64,000 nucleotides of DNA, taken from NCBI GenBank assembly GCA_044892525.1, contig CM097886.1, forward strand, positions 1,488,001 to 1,552,000. Direction: 5' to 3'. The first letter of the stretch is position 1, and every line of letters begins with the position of its first letter. Below the pieces are notes generated by a model, which saw only the letters and a program-made list of their open reading frames with translations, searched no databases and had not been told where the DNA came from. Both the position numbers and the translations under genes were made by a program. This document shows, piece by piece, positions 46,301 to 55,026 of this stretch. This DNA comes from Schmidtea polychroa (taxonomy: Eukaryota).

Positions 46301-49187
46301 CTTGAATGCATGGTTTCTCGTCGGCTAGTTTTATTAGAATTTTATTTATGAAGAGTAAAATTATGTGAAGAATCATTAAGAAAGAAAATGAAATTGTACA
46401 AATAAAGTGGATTGTTAAAATAATTTAACAATACACTTGATTTCTGAGAAAGAAACTTTAAATTCTGTTTTTTTAATTTTAATAATTTCAAATATAAATG
46501 TCTGTAATTTGAAGGGGTCAAATAATTTGCAATTGCCATAGTTGAGTCACTTAACATTTTATATCCTCTTTATCATTAATCTATTATTTTCATTATCAAT
46601 TGAATTTTATCTTTACTTCAAAGATAGATCAATAATTTTTCAGTTCAGTGAATAAAAGAAAATACTATTTATTAGAAAAAGAAATATATTTTAAGGATAT
46701 GGTTCTCATCTTCAGTCCACCATCAAATTTTTTGTCTATATAAAGAATAGGTTATTACTTAACAGAATTATAACACAAAAATTTGTATAAATATTTGTTG
46801 AATTGTATTAAATCAGCCATGGCCAACCGGTGGCCCGCGAAGCGTTTTGATGTGGCCCGGACACAATTTTAAACATCAAATCAATAATTGTCTTTTTTAG
46901 AATTCATATTCGAATTAAGCATGTTATTAATTTAAAAAATTGATTCTAAGTTTACTTGAATCGTAAAAACGAGTTATATTTATTTAAATGAATTTATTGT
47001 GACCCGTGATAGTATTTTTCCGAAAATTTGGCCCTTCGATTGATTTGGGTTGGCCACCACAGTATTACATAATACTCTCCCAATAATTATCAAAACCCTT
47101 ATACAGAATTTGTTATTTCTCTACAATTTTTTCTGTATTCATTATTATTGCTTATGCCTTTCAATCTAGTTTAAAGATTGGCTGTACACCTATTAAATAT
47201 AAATTTATAGGCTAAGTCTGACAACTAGACGATTGGAATTTAAGATTTTTTTTTAAATAAATTACATGTTTTCATAAACTTTGACTCTGCTTTAAAAGTA
47301 TGGTTATGTAAAATATTCAAAATAGAATGCTTGAAACTTGTATAGCCTTCACAATAAGGAACAACCAGCACACGCAATTTGGTATCATTACCAGTTTTAT
47401 AGCGAATACAACTATTTTCATTTGATATTATTAAAATTCGACTTTTTTATAAAATTTTGGAGTAACCATTTTTTATTCAAAGGAATAAAAGTTCCACTTG
47501 TACTTTTATCAGCTTTAATAAATGTTGATCGCAATTATATACTACATTATTCTGTTTAACACTCCGTTAAAATTCTCTGTACAAACAAATCCAAAAACGT
47601 TTCCTAGAATATTCTTTATTTGTGTCAATAAATGACTTAGAATCTAATGACTTCTTATTCGGATCATTTTAATGTTGTAGATTATTAATTGAAAGGGAAA
47701 TTAGGAAATTAATATATTTATTTTTCAGATTCAAAATAATAAAATAAGAAATTTTTAAAGAAAAATGAGAAAACTTGATAAAATAAAAAAAATGATAAAT
47801 CTTCGCGTCTCCTGCATGGTACTGATGAGAGCCAAAAGCTTGAAACTAGTCTACTATTGGATTTTTGCACTGGATATCACAAAGCTTGTGCTGTTTATAC
47901 TATTCAAAACATCGGGGGAAAATGTACACCGTCACTTTATAAATATATATTAGTAATAATTTTAATTTAACCCTGTGAATAACCCATTCCATACTGAAAG
48001 ACGTTTGATTTTTCAACTGATGTATCAATTAGACTTTACAAATCTACCAAAATATTTTTACCTTCATTATCAAAATGCATTAAATGTAATAATAATAAAT
48101 AATTAATGAAATTTAAAAACATCACTTATTCTTAATAATTTTACATAATAAACAATTATTTATAAAGATGTCCCAGATTAAATTTAAATATATAAATAGT
48201 TTGTTGGATTGTTTTGTAAAACCTAGCGATAAAATCATCAAATAAATAATAAAGAGAAATAGTATTTAACTAAAGAAAATAATTCTATTATCTAACAAAC
48301 AAAACGAACTTTAAACACATCCTTTTCCAAATTGAACTATTTGTATATTCTTTAAAAATTGAATAATCATTACTACTTTTAATTTTTTCTTTCGAAGCTT
48401 TAATATACAACAATAATTATTTCTATTGAATATAGAAAATCGAATTAACTAATAATTTCAAAAAAAGTGCCTTTCGAATAATATTTGATATACTCACAAA
48501 TTTAAACATTTCATTTTATGAAATATATTTCGTAAATTTGATTTTAATTAACTGAAATTTAATAAATAAATTATTTATTAGACATTTTCGGATACTTTAA
48601 ATTTAATTAAAATTAGCAATTAATAAATTTAATATACCGATTCTGAATGAGCAATCGTCACCAGAAAACTTAGGATCACATTGACATCTATTTGGCTCTA
48701 TGCACATTCCACCGTTTTTACAAGGCTGTTGGCATATTGCTAAACAGAAGTTTTTATAGTTTTTACTTATAATTCTAAAGAATTACGAAATTGGCAATCG
48801 GTTCCTGTCCATCCGTTGCAGCATTTTCTTTTATATCTTCATTCGAAAAAATAATTAGAAAAAATTATAAGAAATCTATGCTTTACCGTCTAATTTGGCA
48901 TTGGTCACCTTCCATTACAAGTTGATCATTGTCCTTAATAGATTCTTTAGCAACATCACAAGGCTGAAAGGGTTCTCTAACGAAGGATTCGCCACAAAAT
49001 CGATTGTATTCTTCAGCCAAAATTTGAATGCTGAAATAGTGCAAGTGAAATTCACATAAATAGCAATAAATAAAATTAAAAATGAAAACCATCAGTTAAA
49101 GATAACTTTCAACAATTATATTTTTCTGGTCAAAAAAATTTACCTGAGAGACAAAACAAACCAAATGAAGATCTGTACGAGCTTCAT
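6798..49187 (-). CDS. Giant multi-exon secreted gel-forming mucin / hemolectin / SCO-spondin-like protein (3' end not found in window)
   Basis: ATG at 49187. Spliced signal peptide MKLVQIFIWFVLSLSIQILA. EGF repeats, three VWD-C8-TIL assemblies, LDLa, a tandem beta-module array, TIL/VWC-like exons and two PTS exons follow. The GT-AG junctions checked by hand keep phase (for example exons 6798-7040, 7095-12941, 12995-13111, 14986-15228, 15283-17613). N-gaps hide some exons, and one apparent frameshift lies near 48666. Confidence 0.88.
7095..12941 (-). CDS. 5847-bp single exon: short Cys-rich lead-in plus a very long Thr/Ser/Pro/Gly mucin (PTS) tandem repeat
   Basis: Open 1949 codons. The dominant unit is GPTTTTGSTTTKSTTPI (17 aa, 51 bp) with variants. 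Acceptor at 12942-12943, donor at 7093-7094. Confidence 0.95.
9370..10600 (-). repeat. Higher-order 663-bp tandem duplication inside the PTS exon
   Basis: Rare variants (gtatga at 9535 and 10198, ggaccgattagt, gatcgagttgtag) recur at a 663-bp offset. Antisense ORFs 9595 and 10258 begin with identical peptides. Boundaries are approximate. Confidence 0.85.
13690..14340 (+). mobile_element. Decayed Merlin / ISXO2 (IS1016-like) DDE transposase in a mucin intron
   Basis: RLDGPDVFVKCDETMLNRKVKSHR..TWGFVII..VQNQSRNI*LPIINSIVRTG..HDAITHK..GVHTQH matches the eukaryotic ISXO2-like motif series GPG..VEIDES..KRK.HRG..WVFG..NR..TL.PII..NH..G.HTQ. Multiple stops; TIRs not identified. Confidence 0.8.
14743..15850 (-). 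repeat. ~1.1-kb internal duplication (offset 8188 bp from 6555-7660): PTS end, F5/8-like domain and ~240 bp of intron
   Basis: Identical translations at 6651/14839 and in the C-termini of ORFs 7047 and 15235. Only a few substitutions seen, including in the introns. Confidence 0.95.
15283..17613 (-). CDS. 2331-bp exon: VWC-like lead-in, two related Cys-rich spacers, ST-rich segments, PTS repeat and first half of an F5/8-like domain
   Basis: Open 777 codons. Spacers ICTFVFCSEYTCENECLN..FCTRIKQENC and VCIYGYCSVYTCNKNCLN..LCAGKVETNC. Acceptor ttaag at 17614. Confidence 0.92.
17970..22698 (-). CDS. Mucin exons encoding TIL- and VWC-like Cys-rich linkers with short Thr tracts
   Basis: For example PGCECPENLFFNGKDCVSRKECMC, ICECKEPLVFNGTDCINVKECPC and FCEDDTCVCNQNGALTC. 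In-phase junction WTHRKVCLLTCSE / KTHKLVENDNQCCEC. Confidence 0.8.
20074..20400 (-). mobile_element. Highly decayed 3' end of a Buster-type hAT transposase
   Basis: The minus strand gives LLPSGRSYHCNRRCSALTEGK and TLSGIEPRINVVSNKKQSQ, resembling the Buster C-terminus LLPF.T.YLCE.GFSAL..IK..L..IEP.I..L...KQ.Q. cagtgttg at 20074 may be the terminus. Confidence 0.45.
22747..34690 (-). repeat. Array of nine three-exon, Cys-bracketed ~140-aa modules (eight near-identical, one diverged) separated by short Thr-rich linkers
   Basis: Spliced unit: C(A/T)KEVVTLTKNEKMKVEIQNVTNGSVTDVEKILT/SEKEWNSNKNEISFVIKLTPKSNTEVNIVNLEINVNTNSVVTVTFGKKSEEIIQPEY/KTTGTETVKFYFNKTDKNGEQFEYVKVSIITIDGKPLTVKNLIVKVC. The diverged copy at 33405-34690 (CEKKQAELTS..TDVANIFTS / GKSWIAINTNASF..NPY / TVIG..FILWVC) has the same splice positions. 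Confidence 0.88.
31121..31375 (+). pseudogene. TRAF-family MATH domain fragment, antisense inside a mucin intron
   Basis: IYSDPFYSHKNGYKMCLQLHPDGFTAGKGTHLSVFFFIMRGENDVLLQWPMKLEVT matches the TRAF signature IYSPPFY..GYKMCLR.YLNGDG.G.GTHLSLFF.IM.GEYDA.L.WPF. Bounded by in-frame TAA at 31118-31120 and 31373-31375. Not in the ORF track because there is no start codon there. Confidence 0.85.
34950..35180 (-). CDS. LDL-receptor class A-like repeat(s) of the mucin gene
   Basis: VCNENNFKCLSDPKCI and CENGLCARICNGVPECSDGSDEANC, with the LDLa acidic motif C.G..DC.DGSDE..C. Confidence 0.8.
35225..38260 (-). CDS. TIL' plus third VWD-C8-TIL (D3-like) assembly
   Basis: CKSWGDAHYKTFDG..CGLCGNFDQNLNNDF (VWD). 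CLSDTCSCDRGGDCECLCTALSAFYSAC..WRSNELC (C8, very close to the MUC2/VWF D3 motif). TIL exons flank it on both sides. Confidence 0.92.
38656..39627 (-). mobile_element. One-ended hAT (ZMYM1/Ac-like) transposon remnant in a mucin intron
   Basis: Terminus cagtggcggatt at 38656. Dimerisation domain FPNLAILYKIYLTLPVTSVTAERSFSRLKIIKNYLRSTMTNERLSGL. Upstream KRVAKRKRMAGE..RFKCETYFTVLD segment. Frameshifted. Confidence 0.9.
39628..39808. repeat. Perfect 181-bp palindrome (two 90-bp arms, 1-nt centre at 39718)
   Basis: 39628-39717 is the exact reverse complement of 39719-39808. Confidence 0.95.
39945..42940 (-). CDS. Second VWD-C8-TIL (D2-like) assembly
   Basis: CVISGDPHYTTFD, GLCGNYNGNSEDD, CEHDICLCGGNERDNCACESMASYARAC..WRSSSLC and TIL CPNGMEYMECKNLC. 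Partly interrupted by an N-gap. Confidence 0.92.
43345..45950 (-). CDS. First VWD-C8-TIL (D1-like) assembly
   Basis: MGGSYVTTFDG, GVCGLCGYFDGN, CRSELCHC..NWRSQLC and TIL CPANKEYSECGNSCSQNC..GCFCP. An N-gap hides part of the VWD. Confidence 0.88.
44329..44718. repeat. Three ~30-45-bp direct repeats (ttggcttggtttatactcctca) bracketing a ggtca-rich segment
   Basis: Copies near 44338, 44406 and 44681. The segment between them has ggtcaaaggtcaattat, ggggtcaaaag, aggtcaattat and gggggtcaattatgacgt. Confidence 0.8.
46060..49187 (-). CDS. 5' exons of the mucin gene: signal peptide, Cys-rich (EMI-like) segment and EGF-like repeats
   Basis: Exon 49144-49187 MKLVQIFIWFVLSL. RKCCNGWTGTDC, ICQQPCKNGGMCIEPNRCQC, PCIQGCIRGKCKNGDCICDSGYEGERC and CRYGCGTGICVEPNVCQCPENFRGRNC. 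Confidence 0.8.
46814..47062. mobile_element. 249-bp hAT Buster/Charlie (MER5-like) MITE
   Basis: TIRs cagccatggccaacc and ggttggccaccacag. Subterminal tggccc motifs. 8-bp TSD tattaaat/tattacat (7 of 8 match, nnnTAnnn). Confidence 0.8.
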
Positions 49188-50726
49188 GTTTGAATAAAAA
49201 TGATTTCTTTGAATATTATTATGAATTTTATTTGTAATATATTTAATCGAATGTAATGGAAACTAAATTTCCGAAAATGTCTTGACTTCTTGAAAATTAT
49301 TGTTTTATACCATAAAATGTGTGCAGTCAGCATAATTTTGCCGAAAATTCACTTATTTTGACATGTGTAAATAGGCCCCACTTGCAAATGATATGTGGTA
49401 TGTCGTTGCAATATGGAGCTTTGTTGACGAGTCAATATTTTTGATCACTTTTGATCGTAAATTAATAGTATAGATTTTTCTAAACGATCAATGTTGTGAT
49501 TAGTTAAGAATATATGATGGACTCTGTGAATTTGGGCAATCTAATTTTTATGGAAATATTTTGAAATATTTACATTTTTAAGACTTACTACTGAAAGGGA
49601 ATAAATTGATCAACGCTACATTTAAAAAAATTAATTTATAGAAATATATTTAATTATACTATGTGAGTAGTGTATGGTTTTTCATCTTTTTATTTTAACA
49701 TTACTCGATAGTTTCAATTTTTTTCAGTAGAATTCACATAAAATTTTTAACTGGTATTTTTATATAATAATATTTCTGTCTCATCTTTTTGCAATGATTT
49801 ATCAAACATAAAATTTACGACGAAATCAAACTGTATTTCCGGAATTTTCTATCCTGTATATGTACTAAAAATAACACCTAATGAAACTAATAAGAGTATA
49901 CAGGACTTGAATTTAATAAAATATGTTTAAAATATATATCCTTAGAATTCAGCTTAAATAATATTGTTGAATTTTAATGTTTAATTGAACATCGGTTATT
50001 TATAAATTTGATTCATCGTATTCAATAAATAAGTAAATAAGAATCAACATTTCCAACGTATTTTATTATTAAACAAAATATTCGTTTATGATAATAACCT
50101 CTTTTTTACAAAGATCAACACAAAAGTTTTCAATCTTCTTTAAATTTATTTCTTAAATATTTTCCCTTCTCCTTTTCTACTCTCAGTTTCTTCATCCTTA
50201 CCTGAGGCAAAAACCCAATTACTTTAATTAGTTTAATTATGACTATAATTAATTGCTTTCTTTTTTTTGATACTATTCATACAATAAATTCCTTAACTGC
50301 CATCTGAAAATTATTTAATATTTATATTGGAAAATCCAAATTCAAAAATCCAAATTTTTTACTTTTTTACTTGTTAACACAACTCCAAATTAATAATTAA
50401 ATTAGAATTTTTCATATTATACAAATTTGTGCTTATCATACTCTCCACGTAGACTTTGGGACAAAATCATCTCCACTATCTCGGACCCGCTTTTCAGTTT
50501 CAACATCAAACATTTATTCATTTATTATTTTTTTACAAATTTGTGTTTATCTACCTTTCTATCTAAATATGCATTTTTTAAACTTTGTTTCCATTAAATT
50601 TCATTACATATTTAAATATATGTATTTAATTTGGTTTCCATTCAATTATTTTGAATAATTTTAATTTAACAACCTTAACAATATACAGTAAAACTTCATC
50701 GAAAAGTCCCAGAGAGTTGACCCTCA

Positions 50727-51113
50727 TTAGCCATTTCTCTCAATGTCGGCCAGTAAGTCTTCTAATTCGAAGATGTTGTACCTGAGTGCCAGGAGTAATT
50801 CCGGCTGTGACAGTTCGAGATCGAGTTCCGGTGGGTTCAAGTTATCACATAGTTGACTCAATGTCACTGCTTTTCTTTTGCGCTTCTTGGTATTGCGATC
50901 GAATCTCGATAGATTCCGCCGATTGGGTTTAGACGCTTGGCGCAGTGATGAGATTGTCAATTGATTTGGCTAGTGTTGGGGTAGAGAAGTTTGTCGCCAC
51001 ACGATCGGCATCATTTCTGACGTTATGTGATGCGCTGGAAAAAAACATTGGACTTCTCGGCGGCCCTGAGTCCGTATATACGCATCTTGAGCTCGACTTG
51101 GTGCGATTTTCAT
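50727..51113 (-). pseudogene. Unidentified 128-codon frame with one internal TAG, in a GC-enriched island
   Basis: ORFs 50970-51215 and 50727-50960 are in the same frame, separated by one TAG (50970-50972). ATG at 51113. Contains KKRKRK. No family recognised. Confidence 0.35.
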
Positions 51114-51485
51114 GCCATATTTTTCCGTTTTATTCAAACACTCAAAATTCCATCTCTGGCCTAACATATGACTTGTCCGCAGTTGAAGCCCAAAATGAAA
51201 TACGAACTTAATCAAAGACTAAAAAGCCAGAAGTAATTAGTTAAGCGGTATGTACTATGATATGCATAATTTTACTTTTATAATTAACTGTATTATTAAT
51301 GCCTACATAAGTTAAGGGATGTGAGAATCATGATTTTCTATAAAGTAAATTTGATTTCATTAGTGTTTATCTCCGCAAAAAACATCTAGTTGTTTACAAG
51401 TCATTTCAATGAAGTTTGTAACTGTAAAAAAGTACGAGACAAGATATTTTAACATAAAAAAAAACTAGGTTTGATCTTGTTCAAC

Positions 51486-52565
51486 CCGTTTCATATAATA
51501 CAAATTATATTATATTTTTATTTGTTAATTATATCATTGAATTTTTAAATATTTTCATTTTATTACTTAATATTTTCATTTATTATATAATGAAAATATA
51601 ATAAATAATATAAATTTAATAAATATCCAATAAAAATACAAATATAGTATAATTAACAAATAAAAAATAAATAATAGTAATAAAATAAAAATTAATAATA
51701 TATTAATATAAATATTAATTTTAAAATAAAAATATAATAATTAGTAACAAAGAGACAAGATATTTCAAACCGTTTCATATAATACAAATTATATTATATT
51801 TTTATTTGTTAATTATATCATTGAATTTTTAAATATTTGCATTTTATTACTTAATATTTTCATTTATTATATAATGAAAATATAATAAATAATATAAATT
51901 TAATAAATATGCAATAAAAATACAAATATAGTATAATTAACAAATAAAAAATAAATAATAGTAATAAAATAAAAATTAATAATATATTAATATAAATATT
52001 AATTTTAAAATAAAAATATAATAATTAGTAACAAAGAGACAAGATATTTCAAACCGTTTCATATAATACAAATTATATTATATTTTTATTTGTTAATTAT
52101 ATCATTGAATTTTTAAATATTTTCATTTTATTACTTAATATTTTCATTTATTATATAATGAAAATATAATAAATAATATAAATTTAATAAATATGCAATA
52201 AAAATACAAATATAGTATAATTAACAAATAAAAAGTAAATAATAGTAATAAAATAAAAATTAATAATATATTAATATAAATATTAATTTTAAAATAAAAA
52301 TATAATAATTAGTAACAAAGAGACAAGATATTTCAAACCGTTTCATATAATACAAATTATATTATATTTTTATTTTATTACTTAATATTTTCATTTATTA
52401 TATAATGAAAATATAATAAATAATATAAATTTAATAAATATGCAATAAAAATACAAATATAGTATAATTAACAAATAAAAAATAAATAATAGTAATAAAA
52501 TAAAAATTAATAATATATTAATATAAATATTAATTTCCAAATAAAATATAATAAATAGTAACAAA
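51486..52565. repeat. AT-rich tandem array, 284-bp unit, about 3.8 copies
   Basis: ccgtttcatataatac recurs at 51486, 51770, 52054 and 52338. The fourth copy is internally deleted. Units contain internal inverted repeats. Confidence 0.95.
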
Positions 52566-52682
52566 ACACATCATCATATTTATCGAAGACTCAACAACGT
52601 TACAACTTCTATTTATTTATTGAAAATATGGATAATGTCTGCAATCAGTCGAGCAACAAACACAGAACACAAAGAGCGCGCA

Positions 52683-54957
52683 TCAATCAATCATATCCTC
52701 GGTAATCTCGTGAGGATTCAAAATTCCAGGAACAGAAGCTTTTATCCGTTGTTTCTCTTCTTGAGCTTGCCTGATTTCGGTCTCTTTTTCTTCCAAAAAC
52801 AAATCTGATAAATCATCGCCAGCAAATTCACGAATCTGGACTAGAAAATCTCTCATGTTCTCTCGGAATCTGCCCAAATCTTGATTGAAAGAAAACAAGC
52901 CTTCGATAAAAACTTTAATTTGAGGATCTTGGAGTTGAGGAAATGCTTGTTTGAGAAGAGCTGCAAGGGAATTCTGTACATACAGCACATTGTCTTGAGG
53001 ACTGGCCAACAGTGGCCCGTTTTGGGTGACCGATAAGTTGATAGTGATTTTCCCATCTTCAAGACACTTGAACATAGAACTCAGAATCGTGCATTGTAGA
53101 GTAAGATCTAAAAAAACCGATAAAGGAAAATCCCCACGTCAATTCAGCTAATTTACTTCCAGCGTGAGAAGAATCCGTGACAACGGAAAACATGTGATGC
53201 AACACCTCAAGGAAGAAGTTCTTATAAAAGACTTGTTTAGCTTCTTGCTCCATTATAGTTTCGACATTTTGCAGCAAATTTAATAAGATATTCAAACCAG
53301 TTTCGCTCACCTTAAATTGAAAAGATATGAATAAAAAATTTTCCATTTCTCACGAATTGTACTGAGGATTTGTTTTGTATATTAATAGCAGAGATATTTA
53401 TTCACGGGGTTAATAATAACAGCAGGCATATTTTATTAATATTTTCAGGGTTTAAATTCATGACTTCATTTTGGATTTTAGAAATTTTGAAAGAAGGCAA
53501 ACAGTGAAAATAGGTATTTAAAAAATCCATATTTATTTATTATTAATTATATATAAAAAATTTTTTTACTTTATAAAAAAAATTATTATTTATTTTAAAA
53601 TTTTAACATTTAAAATTTAATTTAATAATAAAAAAAATTATTTAATTTATTTAATTTAACACAACAATCAATACATAGAATATAAAAAAACTTATTTAAA
53701 AACGCTCAAAACACAATTATTTACTGCATTCTGCACATTAATTTTCGGATTCAATGATTTTATCAACAACGCCTCACAAATCACTCGTTCCCAATAATTA
53801 TCGAAATTTTTTAATAAAATTTTAAAATCTATTTTAATCTTACAGCCCTTATTGTGCTCACCAATATGGGTCAAAGCCTTCGGTCTACAATGTTCTCGAG
53901 CTCGAATACAGAGATGACGGGAAGCCTCTCCAATGTATGTGGCATTACACCCATTACATGTAAACTGATAAACGAGATCGGAACACAATTCAACCGGAGT
54001 TTTTGACTTATTAATAAACATATTGCGTACTTTCCATGAAGTTGACACTATCCTATAGTTTAAATTCCCTAACTGCTTTCTTATCTTCACTTTATAATCC
54101 CTAAAACCTTCTGAGTACGGCAATACTAACACAAATTTAGGCTCATCATCCTTGCTCACGCTATTTAATTTATTTAACTCATCAGACTCACACATCTCAA
54201 CAAGATCACCCCCAAATTTTCTCAAACATGGATCCTTAGGATTTTTAATAAATTTGTCAACAGTCTCTTTCACCATAATTACTAAAATGGATTTTGAATA
54301 ACCGTTCTTCATTAACAGTTCAACCAATATGTCAACACTTTTAACTGAATTTTTAAAAGTAGGAGACAAAGACCATTGGAGAGACTTCCCGTCATCTCTG
54401 TATTCGAGCTCGAGAGCACAATAAGATTAAAATCATTGAATCCGAAAATTAATGTTCAGAATGTAGTAAATAAGTTTTTAAATAGGTTTTTTTATATTGT
54501 ATGTATTGATTGTTGCATTAAATTAAATAGTTAATAAAAATTTTTTAAATTATTAAATTAAATTTTAAATGTTAAAATTTTAAAAAATAATATATTAATT
54601 TAAGTATATTTTTTTAAAAAATAATTAAATGTTTTTATAAAAAAAAATTTTTTTATATATAACTAATAAATTTGTAAAAAATCCATAATTTAATGAGTTA
54701 TTATATCCCACCTGATGACAGGAAAACTGTCGAAATATATCGTGAAAAGAATGTTTGATTGGCGTTATCGTATTTTTATTAAAATTATTATATCTTATTT
54801 TAATTATTTCTTATTATTTTTATTTTTTTATTATTTATCATAATTATTATTATTTATTACTATTTTTATTAATATTATTATTTCTAATTTATATTATATT
54901 TTTATTATTTATATATTTTATTATTTATTAACCTTTTTTATTAACATTATTTATTAA

Positions 54958-55026
<69 letters not shown>

